Counted from the first letter of the stretch, positions 38,296 to 52,455 are shown. The stretch: 64,000 nt of DNA from Chiloscyllium plagiosum (GCF_004010195.1 NC_057718.1:65556919-65620918); one strand, 5' to 3'. The notes: generated by a model not told the origin, from the sequence alone. A program made the numbers and translations.

Positions 38296-38297
38296 CT

Positions 38298-39635
38298 AGA
38301 ACAAGAACAAAGAACATTACAGTACAGGAACAGGCCCTTTGGCCCACTGAGCCTGCCCTGAGCCAAATCTTCTATCTAAATCTGCCATCTATTTTCTAAG
38401 GATCTGTATCCCTTTGCTCCCTGTCCATTCATATATCTGTCTAGATACATCTTAAATGATGCTATTGTTCCCGCCCCTACCATCTCCACTAACAATGCAT
38501 TCCAGGCACTCATCACGCTCTGCGTAAAGAACTTTTCACCTATATCTCTCCTAAACTTTTCCCCTCATTTTGAACTCGTGACCCCTAGTAATTGAGTCAT
38601 CTCTGGGGGAAAAAGTTTCTTGCTATCCACCCTATCTACACCTGTCATGATTTTGTAGGCCCCCCATCCCCAACTACCTTCTTTTCAATGAAAATAATCC
38701 TGATCAACTCAACCTCTCCTCATAGCTAGCACCCTCCATACCAGGCCAACATCCTGGCGAACCTCCTCTGCACCTTCTCCAAAGCATCCACATCCTTTTG
38801 GTAATGTGGCGAGTAGAACTTTATGCCAATGTGGCCGAACCAAAGTCCTATATAACTGTAACATGATCTGCCGACTCTTGTACTCCATTCCCTGTCCAAT
38901 GAAGGAAAGTATGCCATATGACTACTTGAACACTCTACTGACCTACGTTGTCACCTTCAGGGAACAATCAGACCTGAACACCCAGATCTCTCTATACATC
39001 AATTTTCCCCAGGACTTTTCCATTTACTGTATAGTTCGCTCTTGAACTGCATTTTCCAAAATGCATCACCTCACATTTGTCCATCTGCCGTTTCTCTGCC
39101 CACCTCTCCAATCTACCTATATTCTGTATTCTCTGATAGTCCCCTTCACTATCTGTTACTCCACCAATCTTAGTGTCATCTGTAAACTTGCTAATGAAGC
39201 AACCTACACCTTCCTCCAAATCATTTATGTATATCACAAACAACAGTGGTTCCAGCACTGATCCCTGTGGGACACAACTGGTCACTGGTCTCCTTTTTGA
39301 GAAGCTCCCTTCCACGACTACTCTGTCTCATGTTGTCCAACCAGTTCTCTATCCATCTAGCTAGAACACCCTGGACTCCATGCAACCTCACCTTCTCCAT
39401 CAGCCTACCATGGGGAACATTATCAAACACCTCACTAAAGTCCATGTATATGACATCTACATCCTTTCCCTCATCAATCAACATTGTCATCTCTTCAAAA
39501 CTATGCTGCCTATCACTGATGTACCCATTTGGCAAAAAATGGGCTTATATCCTATCCCTTAGTATCATGTCCAGTAGCTTCCCTACCACTGATGTAAGGC
39601 TCACAGGTCTGTAATGACCTGAATTATCCCTGCTA
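38298..39635 (-). mobile_element. CR1 RT and 3' end
   Basis: YRPVSLTSVVGK, VDVIYMDFS, VPQGSVLEPLLFVIYINDL and KFTDDTKIGG motifs; tail (rc) tgttctttgttcttgttct. Confidence 0.92.
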
Positions 39636-40893
39636 TCTGGACAACAAGCATACTTGTCTCTGCCTTCAACACCATAATTCCAAACAAACTCATCTTGAAA
39701 CTTGAAACCTAGGTCTCCGCTCCCCCCTCCATGGAATCTCAATGTTTTTAAAAAATTTATTCATTTTTATTCGTGGGATGTTGGTGTCACTAGATGGCCA
39801 GCATTTGTTGCCAGTCACTAGTTACCCTTGAGAAGGTGAGGGTGAGCTGCCCTTTTGAACCGCTGCAGTCCACTCCAGTCAATTTGGAATTTAGAAGAAC
39901 ACAAAATATTGAAACATAAAATATTCTTAATGGCAATCCTGAGAAAATATCCCTCCAGCTGAGGAACATAGAACATTGTCACAGATGCATATTTTCAAGA
40001 AGTAGAGGTCAGTCTGCTATGAATTTTCAAATCTCAAACATGGCTCTAGAACTCCATACTTGTCTCATTTTCATCTGACATGTGAAGAGAGTGGTCTCAA
40101 TTAGCAAGCCATGGGAGAAACGTGGGCGCAATTATCCCACTTCAGTTATAATGAACAGCCACCCAGTTTACTTTAGATAACTACATGTATAATTCCAAAC
40201 ACGGTCTTTGTCAGTTTATGAATGCTTAGCACTACCACCATAAGTGCTGTAATTCTTCTCAACCCTCACCTTGTGCTGGTCAATGTAATGGTCAATTTGC
40301 CTTTTCAGAACTAAGCCCTTTGAATTGCTGCAGTTAAGTCACATATACCTTGCGATCATGATCAAATGCTCTGTGATAAAGTGTTGAAACATTGAACACT
40401 ACCCGTCAGACTATTCCCAACTCCTCAGCATGCTTCCCCAAATTGTCATGAGCTTTCCAAGAAGGCCTTTTTATATTTTTAATGTTTCAAAAGTCTATAG
40501 AGGCACACAAATAGCAGAGAAGAAATCCAAATATCCAATAGAGCTCCCAGTGATGACCCTGTTCCAAAATAGGTTAATGTGAGCTGTAAGCCATGCAAAA
40601 ATAGTTCAGAGTCAGGAAAACAATATAAGTTTGAAATTTGTGCAAATATTTCTGCACATTCTTATCATTCCTGACCTCCTGCATGAAAGAAAATCTAAAG
40701 AATTCCATAACCTCGAAATAATGGACCTGTCATTTTAAAATTGAGATGAGATGGAATTTCTTCACTCAAGTGTCATGTATCTCTGAATTCTCCTTTGTCC
40801 CAGAGAGCGATGGATGCTCAAACATTGAATACATTAAGTAGATCTTTATTTTCTCAAAAGAAAGTTGAGATATTGGGATAGTGATATGATAGC

Positions 40894-40983
40894 TGAAAAT
40901 GTGTCGCTGGAAAAGCGCAGCAGGTCAGGCAGCATCCAGGGAACAGGAGAATCGACGTTTCGGGCATAAGCCCTTCTTCAGGA
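40894..40983 (-). mobile_element. ~90-bp Penelope-derived insert with intact hammerhead core and 16-bp TSD
   Basis: Direct repeat atagtgatatgatagc at 40878-40893 and 40994-41009; near-identical to ~17420-17510; core CUGAAGA-a-GGGCuuauGCCC-GAAACGUC. Confidence 0.8.
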
Positions 40984-41645
40984 CCATAATATCATAGTGA
41001 TATGATAGCACTGTGGGGGAAATCCAGCCATGGCCTGGAATTTTATTTCTGATGTTGCTATGCTCTGTTCTCTTTGCTAACTATATTTGAGTTTCACATC
41101 TTAACTTGATATTGTGTCCTTTTTATATCTGTTTCCAGATTGTGAATGTATACATCACAAAATCAACGGTTTAAACTACAGTATTAATACATCCGAGAGG
41201 AGCATCACATTTTTCTTTCCTCTCTCGTTCATTATAAGCAATTTTCTATCACTTAGACAATTTTGTGCAGATATTTTCATTGTCCCTTAAAGCCTTTGGG
41301 TTATCTGCTTGTTTGAGTGATGTATTCACCTCTGAAAGCCAACATGCACAGCACCAACTGCATGACAGCCTTTAATCTCTCCATTACTTGATTGAATAAC
41401 TTGCTCAACTCTGACAGATCTGTGCTGATTTTAATTTATTAACTCATGCTTTTCTAAACATTGAACAATTTGTCATCTTGTCGTCTCTAATTTAGTCTCC
41501 ACGATTGATGTCAGGTGACAGTTACCTTATCATCCTTTAATCAGATGGTGCAACGTTACTAATCCTCCAGTCTCCTCTACCTCCATATAAACAAGTTGGA
41601 AGGTTGTTCAAAGCTTTTACTTCAACTCTAACAATTTGATTTTAA

Positions 41646-41852
<207 letters not shown>

Positions 41853-42827
41853 TGAGCAATGTTTCAACTGAAATACTTGTACATTTTTCATTATGATGTA
41901 CTATCTATTCAGATGAAACTAAATTTTATCCTGCGCCTTTTTTGTTCTTGAAATGTGTAAAACCTGGTAGAATGCAGTCAAAAGTTTTCAGATACAATGA
42001 CTTGTCAGCGTTTGGATTGTCAAAGGCTTCAGTGGATGAACTTTAAAAAAAGGAGTCATTAAAGTAGCAATCAGTTTTAGTAACTGTGCCTGCAACATTA
42101 GTGCATTTTTGCACTTATTGTTGGAAATGAAAAAATCCAGCCATTTTCCTGAGGAAATAGCTCTGAAGGGGAAAAAAAATTGATTCCTGATTATAGATGT
42201 AAAATATTACAGGAGTTAAAAATCAGTGGTATATGACCACTCAAATTAATGCTAGCTACAAATTTTCATTCTTGTTCCTTGGGCAGTTTAGGTCTTGAGA
42301 TCCAGGAGCATAATTAGGCCATTTGGGTCATCAAGTTTTCTCTACCATTCAGTCATGGCCGATGTATTTCTCATTTCCTCCCTTTTCTCCTGCAACCAAT
42401 GATCCCCTTACCAATGATGAACGTATATATCTCTGTCTTAAATAAACTCAATAACTTGACTTTCACAATTTTCTGTAGCAATGAGTTCCAGACTCACTAC
42501 CGTATGTCTGAAGAAATTCCTCCTCCTTTCAGTTCTAAAGGTCGTCCTTTCACTGAGGTTGTGCCCTCGGGGCCCCTGTCTCTCTTACCAATGGAAACAT
42601 CTCCATGTTCACTCTATTCAGGTCTCTTAGTATTCTGTAAGCTTCAATCAGATCATCTCTCAACCTTCTAAACTCAATCGAGTATAGACCCACAGTCCTC
42701 AACTGCCCCTCAAATGACAAGCCCTTCATCCTGAGGATCATTCTCATGAATCTTCTCGGAACTCCCTCCAATGCCAGCACCTCCTTCCTTGGATACGGGG
42801 CTCAAAACTGCTCTTAATATTCCAAAT

Positions 42828-43126
42828 GCAATCTGACCAGAGATCAACGTTGCATTTGCCTCTAACTGCCACTGAACCTGAATGCTAATCTCAAGAGGAT
42901 CTGAACCAGGAATCCTGAGTCCCTTTATTCTTCAGATATCTGAAGCATTTCCTTATTTGGAAAATAGTCTATGCCTCTATTCTTCGTACTAGCAATCTGA
43001 CCAGAGATCAACGTTGCATTTGCCTCTAACTGCCACTGAACCAGGAATCCTGAGTCCCTTTATTCTTCAGATATCTGAAGCATTTCCTTATTTGGAAAAT
43101 AGTCTATGCCTCTATTCTTTGTACTA
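42828..43126 (+). repeat. Tandem duplication (164-bp and 135-bp units)
   Basis: gcaatctgaccagag...gtacta repeated; the second unit lacks 29 bp bounded by ctgaacc repeats. Confidence 0.92.
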
Positions 43127-43447
43127 AAGTGCTCAACTCACACTTTGCTACATTGTATTGCACCTGCCACTTGCTTGCCCACTTCCCTAGTCTGTCCAGT
43201 TCCATCTCCAGCCTCCCCATTTCCTCCATCTTCCCTGTCCTTCCACCTATCTTTGTGTCATCTGAAAACTTTGCAACAATTCCCCTCAGTTCCTTCGTCT
43301 AGGATTTTTATTATATAATATGAATAGTTGTGGTCCTAAACTGACCCATTTGGAACATGACTAGTTACTGGTTGCCATCATGAAAAACTCCCTTTTATCC
43401 CTACTGTCTGCCTTCTGCCAGTCAGCCAATCATCTATCCATGCCTTT

Positions 43448-43645
43448 GATGGGTAATTGGTTGGTTTGTGAAGCAGTGTGATGCCTACAACTTGGGTTCA
43501 GTTCCCATTATCAGCGGAGGTTATCATGAAGGACTCTTCTCTCAACCTCTTCCTTCCCTGAGGTATGTTGGCCCTTAAGTTAAATCATCACCAGTTGTGT
43601 CTCTCTAATAAGAGAGCAGCCCTGTGGTCTGGTAAGACTACGATA
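43448..43645 (+). mobile_element. Probable tRNA-derived SINE inserted in the CR1
   Basis: B-box-like gggttcagttccc; non-CR1 sequence interrupting CR1 homology; similar head at ~18775-18830. Confidence 0.45.
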
Positions 43646-44327
43646 ATACAACCTTGCCCCTAACACCATGAGCTTTTATCGTATTTAGCAGCCTTCTGTA
43701 TGGCAACTTATTTGGATTTCCAGAAAGCCCTTAACAAATCATCTCCACTTGTTCTCTTTGTTTTTGTTACAAAGAATTCTAACAGATTGTGAGGCATGAC
43801 CTCTGCTGATGCAGCTGTGTTGACTCAGCCATGTTTTATCATGCGCTTCCAAGTACTGCGCAATCTCATCCTTAACAATGGACTCGCAAATCTGAGAGGT
43901 CAGGCTAACAGGCCTGTAACTTACTGTCTTCTGCCTCACTATTTTTTTTAAATTTTTTTATTTAATAGATATTTTTATTGAAAATTTAACATTTTTACAA
44001 GTTTACAAATAAAAACACCAAGTATAAACATTTAATATACAATTGAATCTTAAATAAATAATAACCAAAATTTATCAAACAAGAAAAAAAAGAGATACCG
44101 AGAGAAAAAAAAACAAAACTCAACTAACAACTAATCTAGCCTACAACTAACCAGAATGTATAATTAAGTCCCTTGCATTATTCAGGGGGAAAAAAACCGA
44201 CGGATAACAGAAATTGGGTAGTGAGATACATGCTCGGAATGTGTTAACATCAAATCATAACACAACCCGTATTTGACCAGGATTCCTCTCCCAAGGGGCC
44301 CCGGACCAGCCAGGTTCGCCATCTCAA

Positions 44328-47300
44328 TTAAATAAAAGCCCTTGTTAGGATGGCCGAAATATCTGTATTTATGTAATTCAAGAAGGGCTTTCATATTTTA
44401 TGGAATAATTCGGTCTTTCGGTGCACCATGTTGGTAAGGAAGTCAAGAGGAATACATTCCATGATCAATCTGTGCCAATTCGAAAGTCCAGGAGGGCCCT
44501 CAGCCACCCAGTTTACCAAAATATATTTTTCCTTGCTCCGAAAGAGAGAATAGAAAATAATCTCTTCCCCTGCATATCCAGGGAGGGTAAGTTCGAAAAG
44601 CCCAAAAGGAGAGATACTGGATCCACTCTAATTTCCATTCCTAAGATTTCTGTCAGAACATTTGCTACTTTAGTCCAATATCTACAGATCTTATGACAGG
44701 TCCATAAGCAATGCACAAGAGTGCCCACCTCTATTTTACATTTGGGACACATTGGACATGCTCCTGCCTTAAATTTTGCCAATCGGTCCGGTGCTATATG
44801 GTCCCTATGAAGTATCTTCAACTGAATGGCCTGAGTTCTGATGCAAATGGAGATTTTTCTGGCATTTTCCCAAATGTCATTCCACATTTCTATAGAGATT
44901 TCCAGTCCCAAATCCTGATCCCATGTTTTAAGCAGATTGTCCATATCTCCCGATACTTCATCATGTAATAAATGATAAATAGTGCTGACTGAAGATACCC
45001 CCATTGGCCACAACACTCTACGTTCTCTGATTTATAAAGACTATCTAATAGCATAGTCGTCTTATGTATGTAATCTCGAATTTGGAAGTATCGAAAGAGA
45101 CCAACATTGGGTAATCCAAATTTCTGATGCAGCTATTCAAAAGACATCAGGACCCCTTCTTTAAACAGATCCCCTAAACAGTAGATACCCCAGGATCTCC
45201 AGAGTTTAAAAGTGGCATCGGTAAGCCCTGGTTGAAACCCCCATGCTCCCACTCTCGGAGTATAGGGGGATGTTTTATGTGAGTTGCCCTCATTTTACCG
45301 CATTATATTCCAAGCTTTAATTGTATTTAGTATTTTACAGTGATCCGTGATGATTTTCCTCTTGTCTGAAAACAAGAGGTTAATAAGTGGGCATTTTACT
45401 TGAGAAGCCTCGATGTTCAGCCAAATTGATTGCGGGTCAGACAAGACCCAACCGGCTATGTAGCTTAATAGGGAACTTAACTGATATTTCCTAAAATCTG
45501 GGAAATCCAGTCCTCCCCTTGCCTGTGGAAGCTATAGCTGCTTCAGCTTAATGAGGGGCCGTCTATGATTCCAGATAAAGGAACCCAGCCAGCCATATAA
45601 TTTACGTAGTGCCAGCCTCGGCAGCATCACCGGAAGCATTCTCCTAGGGTATAGGAGACGGGGCAGAACATTCACTTTAATTAATGCTATTCTGCCTAAC
45701 CAGGAAATTGGAAGGTCTCCCCATCGCTGGAGGTCCTGCCTTATTCTTTGCAATAAATGCACAAAGTTAGCCTTGTATAACTGACCAAATACTGGATTGA
45801 TAAAAATGCCTAAATATAAGAAACCCTCCAGGGACCACCGAAAGGGTAAGTGGGATCCATCTAATAGGTGGGATATACTAGCAAGGCCACCCATTGGCAT
45901 AGCCTCTGATTTTGAAAAATTAATTTTATAGCCTGAAAATGCACTAAATGTATTAATAACTTGGATTAAACGAGGTATGGACATCAAAGGATTACTGAGA
46001 AATAGAAGAACATCATCTGCATAAAGGGTAATTTTGTGTTTACCTGTGCCAATCCTCGGGGCCGTTATATTAGGGTCAGCCCGTATAGCTTCTGCCAGTG
46101 CCTCAATTATTAGCGTAAATAGCAATGGCAAAAGAGGACATTCCTGCCGGCAGTCCCTATCCACACTGAAGCTATCGGTGAGCCTAATCCATTGGTAATC
46201 ACAACTGCTTTGGGATCATTATATAATGTTGAGACCCATTTGGTAAACACCTTTCCAACACCAAAACTTTCCAATGTGTAAAACAGATATGACCACTCAA
46301 TCCTGTCGAATGCCTTTTCCACGACTAATGAGACTACTACTCCTGGTATCTTTCCCTGATGGCAGGCTTGAATCACATTCAAAACCCTTCAAACATTATT
46401 GGATGATCTACGGCCCTTAATAAACCCCGTCTGATCCTCCTTTATAATATGTGGCAGTACCCTTTCTAGTCTCAATGCTAATGTTTTAGAAAGGATTTTA
46501 AAATCTACATTTTAGCAAGCATATTGGTCTGTATGACGCGCAATCTTCTGGGTCATTTCCTTTTTTGAGAATGAGAGATATTCGCCTCTTTCAGCGAAGG
46601 GCGGGAGACAGTCCTGACTGTAAGAGCAGTTATACATGTCCATCATTGGACCACCCAATATTCCTGTAAATTCTTTATAGGATTCAGCTTGAAAGCCATC
46701 TGGGCCAGGTGCCTTACTGCTCTGAAGTTGCCTGATTGCGTCAGGTATTTCTTGGATTGTTAGGGGGACATTCAGGACCGATACCTGTTCCGGAGTTAGG
46801 TCCGAAAAGGTCAGGTTTTTAAAAAATGACTGCATCCCCCTAGCTCTGTCTTCGCAATCCTGTGATTTATATAAATCAGAATAAAATTTTCTAAAGATTG
46901 TTTAATCCTTTTACGATCTTGAGTCAGAGTACCCGCACTTTCCTTGATAGACTTAATAGTTTGAGGGGCTTTTTTTTTCTTTGCGAGGAATGCTAAGTAT
47001 CTACCAGGTTTATCGCCAAATTCATATAACCTTTGTTTTGCAAATAATATTTCCCTCTTAGCCGTTTGGGTAAGCATGGTGTTTAGAGCTGTCCTAAGGG
47101 CTGTAATCCTTTGTAATTTAATAATAGAAGGTTTGTATGCTGTTTCAGTTGCTTTTAAGCGAGCTTCAAGCAGACGCTGTTGTTCTCCCTTTAATTTTTT
47201 CTGGGTCACCGAGTATGAAATGATCAAACCTCACGCGTAAGCTTTGATGGTCTCCCACATCATTGATGGGTTGCTAGCTGTACCTGAATTAATTTCTAAA

Positions 47301-48115
47301 AAAGTTTTAAATTCTTGAGAGAAGTACTTTACAAATTTACTATCTTTCACCAGGAAGGAATCTATACGCCAATGCTGGGGGGATGTCTCATTGTTCCTCG
47401 CCTTGATTTCCATATACACAGCAGCGTGATCAGAAATTGTTATACTACCTATTTTACAGGATGATATGGAATTTTTAAAAATCGGGGCAAAAAACATATC
47501 AATTCTGGTGTGACATTTATGTGGATTGGAGTAAAAAGAAAAATCTCTGCCCTGTGGGTGAAGGCATCTCCACACATCTACCAGTCCTAATTCTTTGTTC
47601 AAATCCACCAATTGTCTGGATCTGGGAGATACACCTGCAGTACTCTTGGGAATACTATCAATTTCCGGGTCCATAATACAATTAAAATCTCCCCCTATAA
47701 TTGTATGACAAGCACCAAGTGCCATCAATTTGGAGAAGCCTTCTGTTATAAATTTAAAAGGATGTGCCGGGGGACAATACAGATTTAAGATCCCATATTC
47801 CTCTCCATTTATAAGGGCTTTAATCAGAATATATCGTCCAGATTCGTCTTTCATCTGATTTAGGATTTTGAAAGGGAGATTCTTCCAATTAAGGGTGACA
47901 ACTCCCCTACTTTTTGAGTTGAAGGAAGAAAAGAAGGCCTAATCAAATCCACCCTGTCGTAATTTCAAGTGTTCTTTATCCAACAAGTGTGTCTCCTGTA
48001 GGAGAGCTAAATCAACCCTGTCTTTCTTGAGGTTTGATAATATTTTCTTCCTTTTGACTGGTGAATTACTCCCCTTGACATTCCAGGTGCACCACTTAAC
48101 CGACTGATTAACCAT
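44328..48115 (-). pseudogene. L1 ORF2 (APE endonuclease, RT, zinc knuckle), multiple stops and frameshifts
   Basis: WNVKG, LQETH, IGGDFN, ISDHA, KAPGPDGF, RQECPL, LYADD, CPMCPKC...HCLWTC. Confidence 0.92.
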
Positions 48116-48132
48116 AATCGTCCGGGCAAGTC

Positions 48133-48389
48133 NNNNNNNNNNNNNNNNNNNNNNNNNNNNNNNNNNNNNNNNNNNNNNNNNNNNNNNNNNNNNNNNNNNN
48201 NNNNNNNNNNNNNNNNNNNNNNNNNNNNNNNNNNNNNNNNNNNNNNNNNNNNNNNNNNNNNNNNNNNNNNNNNNNNNNNNNNNNNNNNNNNNNNNNNNNN
48301 NNNNNNNNNNNNNNNNNNNNNNNNNNNNNNNNNNNNNNNNNNNNNNNNNNNNNNNNNNNNNNNNNNNNNNNNNNNNNNNNNNNNNNNNN
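48133..48389. other. Assembly gap (N run) within the L1 inter-ORF spacer
   Basis: Run of n. Confidence 1.
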
Positions 48390-48711
48390 CTCAACAAGTA
48401 ATAATTAAATATAGTAATACAAAATAACAGGGAAAAACAACCCTGCTCCTAAAGACAAAAAAAAAGGATAAGGTAACCACCTCCCCTCACCTACGTTACC
48501 TAGACCCCCCCCCCAGCCTATATATATATTAAAAAAAAAAGAGGGGGGGGGAAAGAAAATCGCTAAGTAGAGAACAAATAAATAAACCTCCCTTCCCACC
48601 CCCCAAAATAATATTAAACAGTAAGGTGATGAAAGGGATTAATATAAAAAAAAAAGGGGGTGTAAACCGGGGTGGGGGAAGAGCAAAACAACATCAATTA
48701 ACTCTTACAAT

Positions 48712-49550
48712 TTATCTAAGAGAGTCCAAAAATTCCTTGGCCTTCTCCGGCAATCCAAAGTTGTAGACGGACTCTTCATGGCTAAAGCGTAGCGTCGCTG
48801 GGTAGCACAAGTAGTACTGAATATTTAAGTCCCTTAAACATTTCTTCACTTCATCAAACATCTTCCTCTTTTGGACCAGAACTCGGGAAAAGTCCTGGAA
48901 TAACATAATCTTGGATCCTTTATAAATCATGGCTTCGGGACCTTTCCCAAGATTTCTGGAAGCTTCTAAGAGTATCTGCCTCTCCTTATAGCTCTGCAGC
49001 CGGAACAGGACCAGGCGGGTGCGCTGGTTTGAGCCAGAAACCCGATCGGCCCATTCCACTCTTACCTGGCCTGATCCAGCCTCCAGATTTAAAAGCTGTG
49101 GAAGCCACTATTCGAGAAACGCTGTAAGCTGACCTTCCTCTTCCCGTTCGGGAAGGCCCTGCAAATGAATGTTTTTTCGACGACCTCAATTCTCGAGGTC
49201 GTCGATGTGATTTTCTAAGGTCCGGACTCGCTGTTCGAGAGTCCGGACCTGATTCACATCCAATTCTGCTATAGTCTCGGAGGTCGCGGCCTTTAGCTCC
49301 GCTCCTCCGACTTGGCGCTTGATTTCCTCTTTGCTGCGCTTTTGTAGCGCGGCTGAGGTGAATTCCATCGGCTCTGGGACTCTTCAATAAAGGCGTCGAT
49401 CTTCACGTCAAGTTTGGAGATTATTTCCACGAGGCTCGCCACCATAGGGAAGTCCCCCGGGGTGGCTGCGGACTCCTCAGCTGCAGCTGGGGATGGTGGG
49501 GGAGGGATTCCTGCCCGCTGAGAACTGCGGGCTCCCTTCCCTTTAGTCAT
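48712..49550 (-). pseudogene. L1 ORF1 (coiled coil plus transposase_22-like), frameshifted
   Basis: Pieces MTKGKGAR..., VRTLENHIDDLEN and IMLFQDFS..LVQKRKMFDEVKK...YPATLR. Confidence 0.85.
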
Positions 49551-49722
49551 TTTTACAGGAGATTAGATTGTTTAAATTCAGTACTGAGCAACTAATGACA
49601 TTAATTAAAACTATTTTAAGTGATTTGGTGAGTGTAGAGGAGGCGGGTGGCCTGCTTTTCCCAAGTCTTGGGAGGAGCACTATAGACTCAGACTTGCTGG
49701 GTCGTTGCCATCTTGGATCCCC

Positions 49723-50520
49723 CTGCCTCACTTCTTAAACAGTGTTTAACTATTTTCCAGTCTTCTGACTGCTGAAAGATCACTACCAATGCCTCATAAT
49801 CTCCTGAGCTAGCTCCTTCAGAACTCTGGGATATATTCCATCTTGCCCACATTCAGATCTTTCAGCTTGTCCAGCACTTTGTCCTTAGTGATGGTCACTG
49901 CACTTACCTAGTATCTCTTGAAGTTCTGGTATGTTGCCGGTGGTCTTCTGTTGTGAAAATTGATGCAAAGTACTATTCAATTCCTCTGCTGTTTTTGATC
50001 TCCTTTACTACTCTACTTTTCCATCGGTCCAATATTCACTCTTGCACCTTTCTTAACTTTCAGATATCTAAACATACTCTTGCAATCTTCTTTTATATTA
50101 CTAGTTAGGTTACTCTCATTTCTTCTTCTCCCCCTTATTGCTTTTCCAATTTCTGTCTCTTGCTTTTCTGTCTCTTGCTTTTTTTTAAAAAAGGCTTCCC
50201 TGTCCTACGGCTTCATACAATGCCTCATCACGTTGTATGCATTTTCTTGTACTATAATGCTGTCCCTGACATGGTTGTTTAATCCTCCCCTTAGTATATT
50301 GTTTCTTCCTGAGGATGGATTTCTGTTGTGCCTCCTGAATTACCCCCAGAAACTCCTGCTGCACTGTCTTCCCCACTGGGCTCCAGTTCCAATTAGATCT
50401 GGCCAACTCCCTCATTTCTTTGTAGTTAACTTTGCACAATTGTAAAACCATTATGTTTGACTCCAACATCTCCCCCTCAAACTACAGGATGAATTCTATC
50501 ATTTTATAGTCACTGTCCCC
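49723..50520 (-). mobile_element. Upstream continuation of the CR1 interrupted by the L1 (decayed)
   Basis: Rejoining across the TSD restores PLFK..E.QKTVSYRPVSLT; EN-RT linker remnants in ORF 50185-50469. Confidence 0.65.
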
Positions 50521-51740
50521 TCTGAGTTCTCACCATAGTTCCCTATGTTCAGTTACTATGAACCTCAAATATACATGAAATTTGTTATATTATCAATAGA
50601 GTCAATTGGGTTCCATGCATTTGTTTTACAACTATTATGCTGGATCAGTTGCATTAGTAGCACAAATTTTATTAAACTAGCCTTGGGTAGTCAACCTTGA
50701 TATGCTGCCTACAGTCTTGCAAGGAATGGATCACAGGTTGTGGGATGGAGAAGAGGGCATTTAAATATTATGGGCACCGTTGACACTCCACAGTATAGTG
50801 TGTTGGGTGTACTGCGCAGGTATAGGAAGCAACTTGTATTTTGGACCGAGCATGCAACCATTAAAACTTTATGATTCAACCTTTTAAATCTTTACAAGGA
50901 ACCTCACCTTTTAAAATTGTGAATTGTGTGCCGCAGGAAATAAAAATGTTGGAGAAGGAGATATGTGATGTTGAGTAAAAGGAACAAATTTACTGAAGGA
51001 AAAATTTTAGAATGATATGCTGTGACAATTGCCCTTCAAAGTACAAGAATGAAGTTTCATTTCTGCACTTTTTGTACCTAATTGGAAATCAGTACTGTAG
51101 AGATTCAGAATAATGCATGATTTTGCTTGGACGTTATTCTGTAATCTGACTGCTCTCCATTTCTCATGAGCTGTTGTGCACATTCTTTGTTTAGTTCTGT
51201 CCATTTGATCAACCAAAGCAAGAAAATTGCATGGTTCAATTGCTGACATGCATTGCAATTGTTAAACTCTTCTATGTGACATGTAACAAGGCTAGATGTA
51301 GGCTGATTTCATCTAAAATAAGTATCCAATATGACATCATTATGTGCTTCTCAGGTATCATGTATCACCTGGGTTACAGTTCAGTGTTGTCAACCTGTGA
51401 CTGTTAAGAATGCGTCTGTATCTGAGTCTGTCCAGTCTGGGTTGGTAAATTCTGGCAAACCAACTTTTCAATGTACTAGCCATCCAATTCTGAGTCATAT
51501 ACATTGAGTGCTGAAATAAGGTTTACTTAAGAGAAGGATTTCCCTAGAAGTCTTTCTGAACCTACCCAGCAAAGTTCACCGTACTGCTGCTTAAGAACTG
51601 GTTGCATGTACTCAAATTGTTATTGAACTCACATTTCATTTAGGTCAAATAATTCCGTTGTCTAGGTGGAATGTTTAGTTGATCTATTTTAAAAGTATGT
51701 TTTCATCTATTTTGGCGCATGCACAGCTATGCACATATGA

Positions 51741-51917
<177 letters not shown>

Positions 51918-51934
51918 TGACTTTCATTTTCACT

Positions 51935-52455
51935 TAGAGTCAGAGTCATAGAGATGTACAGCATGGAAACAGACCCTTTGGTCCAACCAGTCCATGCCGA
52001 CCAGATATCCCAACCCAATCTAGTCCCACCTGCCAGCACCCGGCCCATATCCCTCCAAACCCTTCCTATTCATATACCAATCCAGATGCCTTTTAAATGC
52101 TGTAATTGCACCAGCGACTGGCATTTCCTCTGGCAGCTCATTCCATACACAAACCACCCTCTGTGTGAAAAAGTTGCTCCTTATGTCTCTTTTTTTTTAA
52201 AATATCTTTCCCCCCTCACCCTAAATCTATGCCCTCCAGTTCTGGACTCCCCCCAACCCAGGGAAAAAACCTTGTCTATTTATCCTATCTATGACCCTCA
52301 TGGTTTTATAAACCTCGATAAGATCACCCCTTAGCTTCTGACGCTCCAGGGAAAACAGCCCCAGCCTATTGAACCTCTCCCTATAGCTCAAATCGTCCAA
52401 CCCTGGCAACATCCTTGCAAATCTTTTCTAAACCCTTCCAAGTTTCACAACCTGA
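51935..52455 (-). mobile_element. CR1 3' fragment immediately downstream of the CNKSR exon
   Basis: LPGLDDLSYRERFNRLGLFSLE; tail (rc) ctctatgactctgactct. Confidence 0.9.

Larger units (their letters stand above)
42300..43940 (-). mobile_element. CR1 3' half (host of the full-length L1)
   Basis: YRPVSLTS at ~43900, ALEGVPRRFMRMI and LRDDLIEAYRIL; continues on the far side of the L1 at 49723-50520. Confidence 0.8.
43941..49722 (-). mobile_element. Full-length L1-clade LINE (~5.8 kb incl. gap), mutationally inactivated, with 10-bp TSD
   Basis: TSD ctgcctcact at 43931-43940 and 49723-49732; 5' end GGGGATCCAAGATGGC; ORF1 and ORF2 remnants; A-rich tail. Confidence 0.93.
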
